Assembly: GCA_000934665.2 (NCBI GenBank)
Contig: KZ538388.1
Coordinates: 1 to 64,000 of the forward strand
Source of the DNA: Catajapyx aquilonaris
Taxonomy: Eukaryota
Reading direction: 5' to 3'
DNA: 64,000 nt
Shown here: in pieces, positions 1-12,080 of the stretch
Position numbering within the stretch: the first letter of the stretch is position 1
Layout of the letters: the number at the start of each line of letters is the position of its first letter
Translations under genes and position numbers: made by a program
Notes under the pieces: model-generated
What the model was told of the DNA's origin: nothing
Databases searched by the model: none
The model's input: only the letters and a program-made list of their open reading frames with translations

Positions 1-261
1 AACCGATGACAGGAAATTAAATTTTAAATATATTTTTGTCCATGTCAGATGGGAAGGAACAGGTCTCCCAAAAATTAGCCAGATCCATGACTTCAAAATC
101 CAAAACTTATTATTTATTTGATGATTTGACATGGAATGACTCTCTTGTTTTTTGTTTCACAAGGACGTTTTGTCCAGTATTTGACATCATTTTGTTTGTG
201 TCAAACACTGCTTTATTGACATAAATATGTCCTGAGAAAATGTCATTCTTCATAAATCCAA

Positions 262-571
262 CCAATGCACCGAATTTGATGAAAATCGGTGATGATTGAA
301 TTTTACGAGTTGAAATTTGGCAACCTCAAAAATGAGTCGCAGGATCATTTTGAGCAGGTAACTTTAGGTGCGTTTTTCATCCCTAGGGGTGGGCTACCAA
401 TGCACCGAATTTGATGAAAATCGGTGATGATTGAATTTTACGAGTTGAAATTTGGCAACCTCAAAAAAGGGTCACATGATCATTTTGAGCAGGTAACCTT
501 AGGTGCGTTTTTCATCCCTTGGGGTGGGCTACCAATGCACCAAATTTCATGAAAATCGGCGAGTGACACTT
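262..571 (+). repeat. 135-bp tandem repeat (about 2.3 units, runs into an N gap); subterminal array of a TIR element family also seen at 63727-63890
   Basis: CCAATGCAC recurs at 262, 397 and 532 (period 135) with near-identical units; the reverse complement of the unit occurs at about 63740-63885. Confidence 0.85.
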
Positions 572-637
572 NNNNNNNNNNNNNNNNNNNNNNNNNNNNN
601 NNNNNNNNNNNNNNNNNNNNNNNNNNNNNNNNNNNNN

Positions 638-1000
638 AATCGTAGGTGGCGACAACCCCGGTTGGTTTTATAAAACGATTAGAAATACGGCAGTAATCAA
701 TGTATTTATTACGGCCGTACGGCGTGACGTCACATCCTACTTTCTGTTCGAATCGAGTGGCGCGGAGTGACTGGTGCACTTGCTTGAAGTCCTTGAACCT
801 GTTTGAGCAGTTTTGTAGCCTTGCGGGTTGCACTGAAAAAGCGCTCTCATGTTATACCGGTAGGGTACTGCACAAAGTAGTGTACTACTGTACAGTGGTG
901 TGTTCAGTACCCTGCCGGTGTAGCAGGAGAACGCCTTTTTCAGTGCCCCAAACCTCCTCAAGAGATTCCACCCTAAAATTAGTGCAAAAGCTGATTCATT
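638..1000 (+). mobile_element. Partial copy of the CAGGGTG-type MITE family seen complete at 50816-52273
   Basis: AATCGTAGGTGGCGA..GGTTTTATAAAAC..GTGACGTCACATCCT..GGTTGCACTGAA..GCGCTCTCATG matches 50865-51050; the left end is lost in the N gap. Confidence 0.7.
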
Positions 1001-1168
1001 AGTTTTAAAATAAATAATGTTCGTAAATGCCAATTAGCGGCAGGCGGGCGTCTGCGTACTTCAACGCCGGCCTCTGTATGGCTCGAGGGACGCATGCCCC
1101 GTGCGGTTTTTGAATAGCTGATGCGAAAGGGATGTTTACACACGTGAGGGGTTGTGTGTTTATCAATA

Positions 1169-1533
1169 CAGGGTGTTTCTTACTAGTCCAGCGAGCTGCC
1201 GTCAGCGTATTCCTTGGACCAAAACAAGTCGAAAATGTAGGGGGGAGAAATGTCGAGGGACCAACCGTTAACCAGGTAGACAACATGAAACATTAGGCGG
1301 TGGTTGCCGAAGGCGCAGGATATGAGTGGTGATAATCACTTCTGTGAAAGAGGTGACCTTACAAATCCCAACAGTTGCGATTTTCACGCTCATATCCTGC
1401 TCCTTCGGCAACAATTGACTCATGTTTCTGGTCAAAGTCATATTAAAATTGCTATCTCGACATTTTCCTCCCCTACATTTTCGACTTCCTTTGGCTCAAG
1501 GAATACGCTGACGGCCCCTCGCTGGACTAGTAA
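1169..1533. mobile_element. Tc1/mariner-type MITE (TA-CAGGGTG start; right TIR tip missing)
   Basis: TTACTAGTCCAGCGAG..CCGTCAGCGTATTCCTTG..AAGTCGAAAATGTAGGG is inverted at about 1470-1533. Confidence 0.7.
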
Positions 1534-2079
1534 CATATTGCGTAACGGGATTNGGATCAAGCCTATACTAGACGTTCTTATTCACTAGTGTATTCAAGAC
1601 TCGTCCCCCAAGTGACAAAGCAAGCGAATTTTTTGCAGATACTTGCAAAAACGCGAAAAACCACTTGTCTTATTAGGGTTAGACAACCTTCACATATGGT
1701 TTGGATTGAACCTTTCGTAATAAATGATAAAGAGCCAAGTGTTTCAAGAACTAGGTGGTTCAGGCCTATGAGCTATGACACCCCTAATCAACCCTGTGGG
1801 GAATAGGACTACATCACATAGGTTTTTAGGCGTTATTATAGAACATCCTGCATAGCTCTTGTGATATATGGCCTATGATTAGGAGATAACAATGAGTAAG
1901 AAAAGGTCAACATGGCAACCAATGTCCAGAAGAGCAGTAAATGGTGTGTCACTATAAGAAGACACCCAGATAATTGACACGAAGGGTGCTGCTTTTGGAA
2001 GCACTGCATGGGTTTCCATGACTGCTGTGAAGGAATGCCCAAACTGTCTCACTTTTGGCCTACTCACCACCAGATGTGG

Positions 2080-2343
2080 CCCATTCAGTCTTTCTCTCAT
2101 TCCCCAATATGAACAAACAACTTCATGGAAGGGCCCATGGGGGTGACTTTGAAGTGATCGCAGCTGCAGAGGAAATGTTAGTAGGTTTTCAGAAACGTAC
2201 TTTTTGAGGCAGGCTAGAAAAAATGGATAAACGCTGGACAAAGTGTATCTACCTGAAAGGGGACTGTTGAAATATAAATTAATTCTGCTTGCCTACTTGT
2301 CGCCTTACATGGAAAAACTTGTTACTTTCTTCAAGCCCCTCAT
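2080..2343 (+). mobile_element. Decayed 3' end of a mariner element
   Basis: AAACGCTGGACAAAGTGTATCTACCTGAAAGGGGAC encodes KRWTKCIYLKGD, a mariner transposase C-terminus, followed by a TIR-like TTACTTTCTTCAAGCCCCTCATA. Confidence 0.6.
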
Positions 2344-4228
2344 AGGGTACCCTGGCCAGACCATAATTATATTGATACTGTAATGGAGAGACTAACAACC
2401 ACAGATTACGACTGCCCTCTAGATGGGAAACTCAATACTAAAAATTCGTCCCCGCTTTGCTGGTGGCGCCGCTATCGGTTTGCTCTCCGAACTAAATCGT
2501 GATACGGTACCGTATCCTAGGCTACAGAAAGGGGGGTGGGGGGTGCTGGGGGTTTGGACTACCTTGGCCACGGCCTTACCCCGTGACCTTGGAGGTCACT
2601 TCGAGGTGCTGCAGGTCACTTTCATGTCCGATGCACGTTGTAGGCTAGAGAAAATGCTAAAAATGACACTGGTAAGGAATAAATTGCACAAAAACTGGGC
2701 ATAGACATTGTTTAATAATTTTCTTCCTGTTATGGTACTGAATCGTTACATATGATGTGACGTATAATTATGGCAAATGGTGTGATAAATGGGAACAATG
2801 TACTGATGGAAATCTAATATATGTTAATATCATAAATAACTTACAATAAAATACTTGAAAAATAGTAAAAGTACATAACTTAAAATATTTCTTCATTATA
2901 CAGTGTTTACGGTCCTAATTACATGATCACAGAGTAATCAACGTACAATTTAGGATTGCTTAATAATTATGGTGCATGTGCATAATAATTCTGAAGTGAT
3001 CATCACGGGTGGTTGTCAGCCTTTCCTGGCAGTTGTCCGTACGAAGTGGTGGCTCAGCTTCGAAATGCTCACCGCGCATTCCATTTTTGGTGCAGAAAGT
3101 ATCCGCTTTTATACTTTCACCAGCAGGTTTCCACAGAAAGATGGCCACGGGGGAACACCTGGAAAAGCCAATAATATTGTAGCCTACTTTCGAGCATAGT
3201 AGGCATTAGAAATTTCAAATATTCCTCACACACATTTCTTCCGCGGAAAATGGGATAGTCCAAAAGGGTGTCCGATCCGGTCCGATCCTTCCAGTCGTGT
3301 TGTCAGCCCCGGTCAGCCCGGAACAAAAGACCCAAGGCGTCTTTTGGGCATCTTGAAGCACAAATGCGCCAACGTAATTTTCCTCCCCTCTTCGTTCGAA
3401 TCTTCAGTATGCAATGGGCGAAGGTCTGTATCGGTAACCACGGGCAGCCCCGGGGTTTGGGAAAAAAATGTACGACAAATGACGAGCGCCATGTCACGTG
3501 ACATAATAATGTCTATTTAATTATCAATACTTTACAAAATTGAGCATGTAATTAGACTTTATTATCACTTTAATTACATGCAGCATTAAAGTAAATGCTA
3601 ACCATAAGCACGTTTTGTAAATCGATCGACCGCAGCGCGCCATCGTATTTCTTCCGAACTACATTCTAGGGACCAATTCCGCCTATCAAGTTTCACCCCC
3701 TTGCTAACAACCCTCCAACAAGCAGAAACAACAACTGCCTTCAAAAGCAGAAGGGGGGCAGAGAAACTCATCTGAATCTTTTTGAACAATATAATGCCAG
3801 GGACAGCCAATATGTTGTTGCACTCACCTAGAACAGCTGCATTTGTGATGCTCTTGTTTTGGTATGTGCCGTTTCTGGACAGCACCCATGCGAAGTATGT
3901 CTTCCAGGATGGAATTTTCAATGTACCATAATAATCTTTGATGTACGATGTAAAGATGGGAAGGTGGGGGGAAAACCCGGCNGGGACTCGTTTTTTCCCG
4001 AGGTCTCGGAAAAATTGGAAATTTTGTTTTTTTATCTTGCATTTTTTTAGTTCAAAGTTGCTACACATGTTTAAAAACCTTATGCATACTTTAAATCTGC
4101 ATTTTTTAATTAGCTGACAGCCTGACACACAAATTCTTTTGCGGTTATGCTCATATTAATGGGCTTTTTTTATCATCAAAATAATGTCGCTGTTACTGCC
4201 AGTCTGCTACATTACAAAAGTCACTCTC

Positions 4229-4610
4229 TCACTCCTGGGTGTCACTGTCACAACGAGAGTCTTCCTCGTCACCACTTGAGTCATCTTGGGCTGAAGAATG
4301 GGGAGCTGCTTTTGCAGTGCTAAAGGTGCTCCGTATTGCCACCAGCTTCTCGAGCCTCTCCACCTTCAGCCGATTATGAATTTTTGTGTGTGTGGACCAG
4401 TTGCGTTCACATGCTGCTGAACCGGGGGGAAGGCACAAAATTCGTGCTGCAATTGGAGACAGTGTCTGATTTGTGCATAATCCCTGCCACCATGAACTTG
4501 GATCTGAGTGGTGTGCCGATTTCCACAGGGCCTCCCTTGACCACTGTCCAGTATGCATTTGATTTGGTATTCACCCAAATTTCCCAATGCCTTTCCATCA
4601 TCAATGTTAA
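4229..4610 (-). mobile_element. hAT transposase remnant (C-terminal dimerisation domain)
   Basis: PSSWWQGL..LSPIAARILCLPPGSAACERNWS..HNRLKVERLEKLV followed by an acidic tail, which is the hATC pattern; truncated upstream. Confidence 0.85.
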
Positions 4611-4752
4611 AATAACTGTACTGTCCAGTGCAGTGCTGTGCAGTGGGCTGTGAGGCTATATGCTGGGCCAGCCCCCCCTGATCAAATTTAACTTAATAGT
4701 CCAGTGGGAATAACAAAAAATTGTTCAATAACACATTATATTCAGTATATAC

Positions 4753-5104
4753 ACCGAAGCAGTAGTGGTGGAGTGGATAGGGTATCCGACTGCTAATCGG
4801 GAGGTCCTGGGTTCGAATCCCGGAGGCCGGCGACCCTGACCATGGTTTTCTGTGGTTTCCCATGGTCCTTGCAGGATAATTCCGGGGTCGTTACCGTAAT
4901 ATAGGCCACAGCCGCTTCCTTCCTTCCCTTTCCCTGGCCGGACAGGTCTTTGGGATAGGAGACAGACTAAGAGAGATGCCAGTCTTTCCTCTCTTCTTTC
5001 CCCTCTTCGTTTCTCTCTCTATCTGTCCCACCTTTGCTTCTTCTTACAGCCAGATAGCCATAGTTGCTTTGGCTTCTTCCAAATAAACCAAACCAAACCA
5101 AACC
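4753..5104 (+). mobile_element. tRNA-derived SINE, family A
   Basis: Pol III A box TGGTGGAGTGG and B box GGTTCGAATCC, core GGTTTTCTGTGGTTTCCC, (AAACC)n tail; the same head is at 50326. Confidence 0.85.
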
Positions 5105-5264
5105 CTTTCCCTGCTTCATTCCGAAGATGAGAAAAATAGTAAAAAATGGAAGAGTTCCAGACAAAAAAATTGGGAGAAATCCCCCCCTAGGAAGGCCCGT
5201 AGGCTGATAATGGGGTATCAAATTATTTAAAAAATATATAAATTATTATTATATTCAGTATATA

Positions 5265-5858
5265 CAGGGTGGTCGGTAAATGGCGCACAAGCTTCAGGTA
5301 GCGAGATTCCTTGTGAAAAACCAGTATATGGAAGTGACGGTCCTATTGCTCTAGATGCCTGGTTAGGGCTCACGAGGCCTCCAAAGTTTGGGCCAAATCA
5401 TGACGTCACATCTGCCCGCGAAATTCAAACACTACCGTATCGCCACCGTACGCGGTGTGTTGCTAAGTGTTGCCATGTTGACATCCCGCACATGTTCACC
5501 AAACAATGGAACCGTATAAAGTTGTGGGGACGTTGCCAGGCATTGCCATACCATCGTCTCCGCGAGTTTATACGACGGTATGGCAGCGTCCCCGCGAGTT
5601 TATACGGTTCCATTATTTGGTGAGCATGTGCGGGATGTCTAGTACATGGCAACGCCTAGCAACACACCGTGTACGGTGGCGATACGTTAGTGTTTGAATT
5701 TCGCCGGCGGATGTGACGTCATGATTTGGCCCAAACTTTGGAGGCCTCGTGAGCCCTAACCAGGCATCGTAGAGCAATAGGACCGTCACTTCCATATACT
5801 GGTTTTTCACAAGGAATCTTGCTACCTGAAGCTTGTGCGCCATTTACCAACCACCCTG
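5265..5858. mobile_element. 594-bp almost fully palindromic Tc1/mariner-type MITE
   Basis: TA|CAGGGTGGTCGGTAAATGGCGCACAAGC...GCTTGTGCGCCATTTACCAACCACCCTG|TA; the arms pair nearly to the centre. Confidence 0.92.
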
Positions 5859-6266
5859 TAAACAAAAAGAGTACCGTATGGTAATGATCGATTACATAGT
5901 TACATCACGTATAAATAGTGGTGAGGCGCCACCTCAGTAGTTAAGGGTTAAGTGCCTTCCAATAGGGTTGGCTAGCCGTTTCTTTAGAGCTAGACTACAC
6001 TAGACAGTCAGGAGGGGATTCTCCCCTGGATAAGTAAGTCAATAATGGTACACTTTATCTTGTCAATTTATTTTGTGGGTTATAATATTAATATTTTGTG
6101 TTTTTAATTACTACCATATAACGAGGACTTCATATAGTATATAAAAAGCCAACTGTTTTGTGGAAATATCAGAATTCCTGCGAGAAAAAACATTTTCCCA
6201 AAAATGCCGGGAAAAAGCCCGATTTTTTCCGTCATTCAAAATTTCCGGCTTTTTTCCACCTCCGTA

Positions 6267-7151
6267 CGACGTGTGATCGAAAAGTTCCTGGACCTTCGAT
6301 ATACCGTGCAAACCAGTGGAGGTACGAACTTGTGACGCTAGGAGCACCTTTCAGCGATTAGTCTGAAAAATATCGTCTTCATAGGTGCACATGTTTCCGA
6401 GTTTCGGCAGTTATCTTGACACCGTCTTCTTGTGCTTCTGCGATTTTTCGAAATGGCCGATGTTAGGGAGCAAAGGATTTGTATTAAATTTGGCTTCAAA
6501 CTCAACAAAACTTCGGCTGCAACCCACTGAATGCTGAACAAGGCTTTTGATAAGTAAGCTGTAACACAAGCAATAACATATGAGTAGTTTAACAGCTTCA
6601 AAGGTGGCGCGCCAAGTTCACAGCAAAATCAACTCAATGCTGATCATTTTCTTCGACATTTTAGGAATTGTGCATATGGAGTTTCTCCCTCCTGGTAAAA
6701 CTGTCAACGGCAAGTCTTACTGCGAGGGTTTGAGACGATTTAGGCTCAAATGACCGGAGATATGGAAGAACAGAGACTGGTTGCTGCACCATGACAATGC
6801 CGCCTGCACACACCTCACGCGTAGTCAGGGACTTCCTGACAAAAACCAACATGACAGTTGTTCCCCACCCTGCCCATTCGCTTGTGATTTCTACCTTTTC
6901 CCTAAAATGAAATTTGGGTAGAAAATGGGGCATTGTGACTCCACTAAAGAGATCTAAGCACAATCGCAGCAGGTGCTGAACATGCTAAGATTGGCCAATT
7001 TTTTGGGGTGCTTCCAAAAATTGGAAATTTGCTGGGATCGTTGTATACATGCCCAAGGTGACTACTTTGAAGGTGGCAGTGGAAATTAGGACTTACAGTA
7101 AATATTAATGTTTTTATGAACTAAGTCCAGGAACTTTTCAATCACACCTCG
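6267..7151 (+). mobile_element. Internally deleted, dead mariner element
   Basis: TIRs CGACGTGTGATCGAAAAGTTCCTGGAC / GTCCAGGAACTTTTCAATCACACCTCG with TA flanks; remnants MADVREQRICIKFGFKLNKT, WLLHHDNA and WDRCIHAQGDYFEG, with stops and frameshifts. Confidence 0.92.
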
Positions 7152-7272
7152 TAAGTTGCTCCTAACAATATTAGATGAAAGTGTGAATCTTCTTTTAACC
7201 TCTCCATTCTCTTGAGTGGAGCAAAAATTCTGAAACAGAAAGTTGACGTATCACAGTTGTTCTGCATTCGTA

Positions 7273-7555
7273 CAGTGTTGGACATTATTCGCGCCGTACT
7301 GCTTGCGACATTTTCGGTTGCAACAGAAGTGCAAATTGGAGTGATCGAGTGTGAGCCGTGCAAGTAAGAAGAGGTAGGCCTCGAGGGACGTCACTGGCTG
7401 GGGGGCAATGGAAAAAAGGCTTGTCCCCAGCCAGTGACATCACCCAAGGGCTACCATTTCTTACTTGCACGACTCACACTCTATCACTTCGATTTGCACG
7501 TCTACTGCATCGGAAAATGTCGCTAGCAGTATGGCGGAATTAATGTCCATCACTG
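7273..7555. mobile_element. 283-bp palindromic Tc1-type MITE
   Basis: TA|CAGTGTTGGACATTA...TAATGTCCATCACTG|TA with long imperfect inverted arms. Confidence 0.85.
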
Positions 7556-7683
7556 TACAACCACATTTAAAGGGCTCCAGGTCAATATCCTATATCTTGT
7601 TGTTCTCATTTGTGAATATGTATAGCAATGGTTGTTATTGCAGCATAATTCTATGTGGCTTATATTTTGCATTAATTCAACAG

Positions 7684-7787
7684 GTGGACGTGGTGCCCGT
7701 GGCAGTCGAGGTGGCCAATCAAAGCGTGTTCCAACTCTGGAAGAACTCGATGCTGAGCTGGATGCATACACCAATCAAATCAAGTAG
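7684..7787 (+). CDS. ALYREF: Last coding exon of THO complex subunit 4 / ALY-REF mRNA export adaptor (no upstream exons found in the window)
   Basis: Acceptor ttcaacag|GT at 7683/7684; translation (G)GRGARGSRGGQSKRVPTLEELDAELDAYTNQIK* is an RG-rich segment plus the C-terminal UAP56-binding motif (EELDAxLDxY) of ALY/REF. CHTOP has related motifs, but a single terminal motif fits ALYREF better. The 3'UTR probably extends to ATTAAA at 9923. Confidence 0.85.
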
Positions 7788-8564
7788 AGGATGACTTAAG
7801 TGACATCAAGTGAAATCATGAGATATCCAGGAACTGTACAGAAGGCCATGACCCCAACCTGCCCCATACTAGGGGTCAAGAGTTTTACAGTAGTTTGGGA
7901 ATTGGCTGATGTGGTTTGGAAAAAAATTGTGACAGAAGAAGGGAACACTAAATATGTCCAGGAAGTGAATCTCTGGCGTCCTATGAAACAAATTGTAAAC
8001 TGCACTTTGCCATAAGATCAAGTTTCTTGTGCAGCACCATTTGACTACCGTAACTGGCTCCAGTAATGTAGTGGGCTGGTGGACGAGTAGAACTGGGCCT
8101 TATGGCACATTGCAGTTATATTGTTTTTTCGTAGGTCAGGAGCTCTGGAAGCAGATTCAAATGTCCCACAAGTGGCTTTGTTGGGAGTGATTTTTGTGGC
8201 ATAACTGTTTTCCTCACTGGATTGTGATGATTACATTTATTCATTGCCAGTAACAACTTCCTGTATGTTTAGAAGCATAAACCTGACCTCCCCTTCCTCA
8301 GCCTCTGCCCTCGACCCAAAATTTATTTATGGCCAAAATTTTATGTCATTCAAGACACGACACATGAAGTTTCTAAAAACTACTTTTTAAAAAACCAAGA
8401 ATACCATATTCGTATAAGTGACTTTGGCAGCACATAATGCAAGTCCTACAAGGGGCTTTGCTGAAATTTGTTCACCTGCTTGTTTTCCTCACTGAGAATG
8501 ATGGTTGGAACATTGCTTTCAGAATGTAGCTCACATTTGCGTAGATGGAAATTTTGCAGACACC

Positions 8565-8719
8565 GGGTGGAATTGCCGTCCTACTGCTAAGTCTCTGCTA
8601 GCAACGTGCTACTGCTAGTCAGGATTCTCCTGTAAGCTTTTTCTGGGGTTACCATGATAATAAGTTGTAGACATTAGCCACTGTTGGCAGTAACTAGCAG
8701 TAGGATGAAAATTCCACCC
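8565..8719. mobile_element. Short PIF/Harbinger-like MITE in the inferred ALYREF 3'UTR
   Basis: GGGTGGAATTGCCGTCCTACTGCTA...TAGCAGTAGGATGAAAATTCCACCC; same family as 14484-14595. Confidence 0.7.
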
Positions 8720-9959
8720 ACTGTTTCCTGTGACCTCACTCTCAAGTTGGCATACTCGGCTATACCATGATGTATGTAACTGACTGCAACATTTGCAGGT
8801 GAGGACGCAAGTGCAAGTGGAAATAAGCATTTGCAAGATTTTCATCAATATGGATGAAAGCTGGATTTTGAAACATTGTGTTTTGCCCATTCCAAGTAAC
8901 CACTTCCCAGGAGTAAGAATAATGATTTTTCTTTCTATCCCTCCCCCTTTCCCCATTCTGCCTTACTCCCCTCCCCAGGGCCAAGAGTTTTACTACTGAT
9001 CATGAAATGATGTTTTTAAAATTTTTTTCCAAGATGCAACGTTTCATCCTACTTTGTTTTTGAATGTACTTTTTATTCGGTTGTATTGGCTGTTCTGCCC
9101 TACTCAAAATAATATCACTACTTGACAGAACTGGAGCTGAATTCACAAATTGATGCAAATAAGGTGCCATGCAAGTCTGTTGTTGTAGTTGCCAGCACAC
9201 CTTTTGCACTATCCTGCAACTGACTCGCATTACTTTTCTTTTGTGCCATATTTGTGAAGTGCCCACAGGTGTCAGTGATATATTGCACTTCAACTTTAGG
9301 ATTAGTGATTTTTCCCCCACGAGTGTTAGATTAAATTTTTCCCTATTGTGTTGTACTGAGTGTTATTATTTCTTCCTACATTTTGTCACTTACAAAAGAG
9401 GTCTTGGCCATTGATATTTGGGCGCTTGTGAAGTACGTTTTGGCAAGCAATATATACAGTGTGTGGTTGAATGGAGCAGCTGCTATATAATTGGGAACCT
9501 AAATCAGGGTGCAAAAAAGGCTACATAAATAACCACCATGGGCAAAATTGATAGCTAACATGATACTTGGAACACACTGTATTTCAAGCAGTACTCCCCA
9601 CCCTCAACAATTACTCCCAATCCTGCTTGACATGGCAGGGCATTCATCACATTGCTTGCTGGGATTTATAGCACCGCCCAATTTTTGATCAAAAGTGACA
9701 AAAGTAGGGCAGAAATATGTGAAATGTTTTGTCAATATTTGTTCAACTTGGTCATATACATTTTGGCTTATGTTTGCATCAATATATGGTTATTGATTTG
9801 TAATGTTAAAAGTAATAAGAGAAAACATGCTGTGAGGAGCTAGTTTCTTCCAAGACATTTAATACACTATAATCATGAATCAAACTGTACCATTTTATGG
9901 TGATCATGCTTAACCGAAATTAATTAAAAGTGTTTTTATGGATGAGATTACATCTAAGC

Positions 9960-10138
9960 CCAGGTACAGGTTAGGTCAGCTACTGCCACTCCTACCCCAG
10001 CCTTATGGAGACCACCATAAGCTTAGCTGCTTCCCCCCTTCGAGGAGGGTGAAGCATGAGCTCCAAATCGGCAAAATAAAACCTCAGGGAGGGGGCTGAT
10101 AAGCGCAAGCGATAAGAGGGGGAGTGTCCAGACCTGAG
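9960..10138. mobile_element. Small non-autonomous element, same family as 58570-58857
   Basis: Shares CACTCCTACCCCAGCCTTATGGAGACC and the terminus GGGAGTGTC..ACCTGAG|TA. Confidence 0.65.
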
Positions 10139-10179
10139 TAAATAATAATCATTATCATAATTGGATGTAGTGCATACCC

Positions 10180-10475
10180 TCACATGGGTTTTGCACTGAC
10201 CTTTATTTTCCTAATCAAGGGTATGGTTTTTATCTCGGCAAAGTGCCCCGTCCACGGGCTGGATACTGGGCAGGGATGTGCAAGTGCAATGATTTTGCTA
10301 TGGTCATTTTGTGAGTTCCCCTGATGGTTAGTCGAGCAGAAATCCCACCCGAGATGAAGCCAGAGATGACTCAACTCCTTACAAGATTCTGATTGGGATG
10401 TGTGTGTTGGGATCGAACCTAGGACTCTACCATCCATGGGTGCATACGTTGCCACAGACCCACTCTTCCTCCCCA
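10180..10475 (-). mobile_element. Diverged tRNA-derived SINE, family B
   Basis: The reverse complement matches the 12790-13132 SINE (B-box-like GGTTCGATCCC, CATCTCTGGCTTCATCTCGGGTGG). Confidence 0.7.
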
Positions 10476-11424
10476 ACTGTAGTGTTATAAGACCACGGGT
10501 TACATTGAAATGAACATTTTAAATCATGGACAGTAGCCAATGTTGTGTCCTGGTATGTTCACTACTAAAGGGAGCCAAGTACCAGCTGTCCAATTCCATG
10601 TTCCTTGTAGTGAATGGTCTGTACTACTGCTTTTGTACGGTACTTGCATTTAGTATCAAAAATGCTAACATTTCAATCTATGAAGCATAAGCATCCAACT
10701 TTTGATTACCCTGCGAGGACTTCAGCAAATCACTGACTTATGTGGACTCTTGTATTCTGTGATCGTCAGAAATTATTTTCATCGTGGACTCCTAAGTTAA
10801 ATCTTGAGGCTTGTGTTCCATCTTTTTAATTGTAATTACATTAATCATGATGGGTATTGCAAACTCCTGGCATATTAAAAATAATCATCTTGGTATTTAT
10901 TCTTCTTTTCTTTGAGCCTGGAATTTAAAAAAACAAAAAACACAGGTAGCCAAATAGTGCGAAGAATTTTTCTACATTTACAATATGTTGCATTTACTGG
11001 GAAGTTCAAACCTACAATGTAATAAAAATAAATTTGATATTTTCAGTGTAAGTATGAGGGCTATTTTACAATTAGTTCTAATGAGTTGTGAAAGGAAAAC
11101 AAGAGGGACGAAAATTTTTGAAATATAGGGAATGGCGCTCGGAAGAGGGAGTTGCCATAAGGAAAACCCAGTTTGGTGAGAAAGGGGGGAAATGGGGTGG
11201 TGGGAAGCCTGGAGCAGGAGTGCCAGCAGGGTCCCCGGATTAACATCCTGTGATTTAGATCCCTTAAGTCTAAATCTGTGTTGGCAACATTTAAAGCCTT
11301 CCACCAATCCCCCTTCTCTCTCCTCCCCCCCCCCCCCCTTCCTCCACCTTGACAGATTCAAATCTCCATCCAAATCTAGCCTTGCCATTGGCTGGGAGTG
11401 AGGGGTAGGGGATTCTGAAGTTAA

Positions 11425-11555
11425 GGGTATGTTTTTGGTCCCTCTCCAGGAAGCTGGGGAATGGGCGCTGAGGAGAGGTGGAAGCGGGCCGCCCGCATCC
11501 ACCTCTCCTCAGCGCCCATTCCCCAGCTGCCTGGAGAGGGACCAAAAACACACCC
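11425..11555. mobile_element. 131-bp near-perfect hairpin MITE (PIF/Harbinger/Tourist-like)
   Basis: TAA|GGGTATGTTTTTGGTCCCTCTCCAGG...CCTGGAGAGGGACCAAAAACACACCC|TAA; about 64-bp arms and a TAA target duplication. Confidence 0.88.
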
Positions 11556-11614
11556 TAAGTGCTAAGTCACCAGCTCCTGTTCCGGTACTCATGAAAGAGA
11601 AACATTCATAATTA

Positions 11615-12060
11615 TGCTGCTTCTCCACGTAGTCGCCTCCACAATTAAGGCACTTGTCAGAACACCGCACCAGCTTTTCTATGCCTAATACTATCAATGT
11701 TCCTGCCAAGTGTGATGTTCATTGCAATTACCGGTAGATTTCTCCAAGCTGAAGGACACAGCATAGCTGAAATTCATAGGAGATCGTATAACATGTATGG
11801 AGAAAAGTGCGTGAGTGACCGTGCTGTGCAGAAATGGTGGTGTAGTTTTCAAGAAGGACGAACTGATTTCCATGATGAAGGTCAGGGTAGAAGGTCTGGC
11901 AACTGATGATGCTGAGCAAATCAATGAAGTGGTTTAAGAGCACCCTCAGTTCACAATTCTGACCTGTCTGCTAATTTTCCCCAAACTCTTAATGACATTG
12001 GACAGAACACCTGGGCTATCACAAGTGTTGTGCACAATGAGTTCGAGAATGATGGAGAGC
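11615..12060. mobile_element. Rearranged mariner remnant
   Basis: The plus strand has the N-terminal HTH (RFLQAEG..AEIHRR..MYGE..SDRAVQKW..FQEGR); the minus strand at about 11620-11686 has the C-terminus GIEKLVRCSDKCLNCGGDYVEK. Confidence 0.8.
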
Positions 12061-12080
12061 TGAAGAAGTATGTGATAGGG

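Noticed and set aside
262..571. Possible CRISPR-like array
   Set aside because: The units are head-to-tail with no unique spacers, the context is eukaryotic, and there are no cas genes.
3598..4128. 176-aa minus-strand ORF next to the hAT remnant
   Set aside because: It spans an N and subterminal repeat sequence and shows no transposase or other motif.
4753..4830. Possible tRNA genes here and at 12790, 26207, 50326 and 55265
   Set aside because: A and B boxes are present, but most continue into shared SINE bodies (some with tails or TSDs) and the cloverleaves are imperfect.
8225..8286. C/D-box snoRNA-like GTGATGA...CTGA
   Set aside because: Weak terminal stem, no rRNA complementarity that I could identify, and it lies in an inferred 3'UTR.
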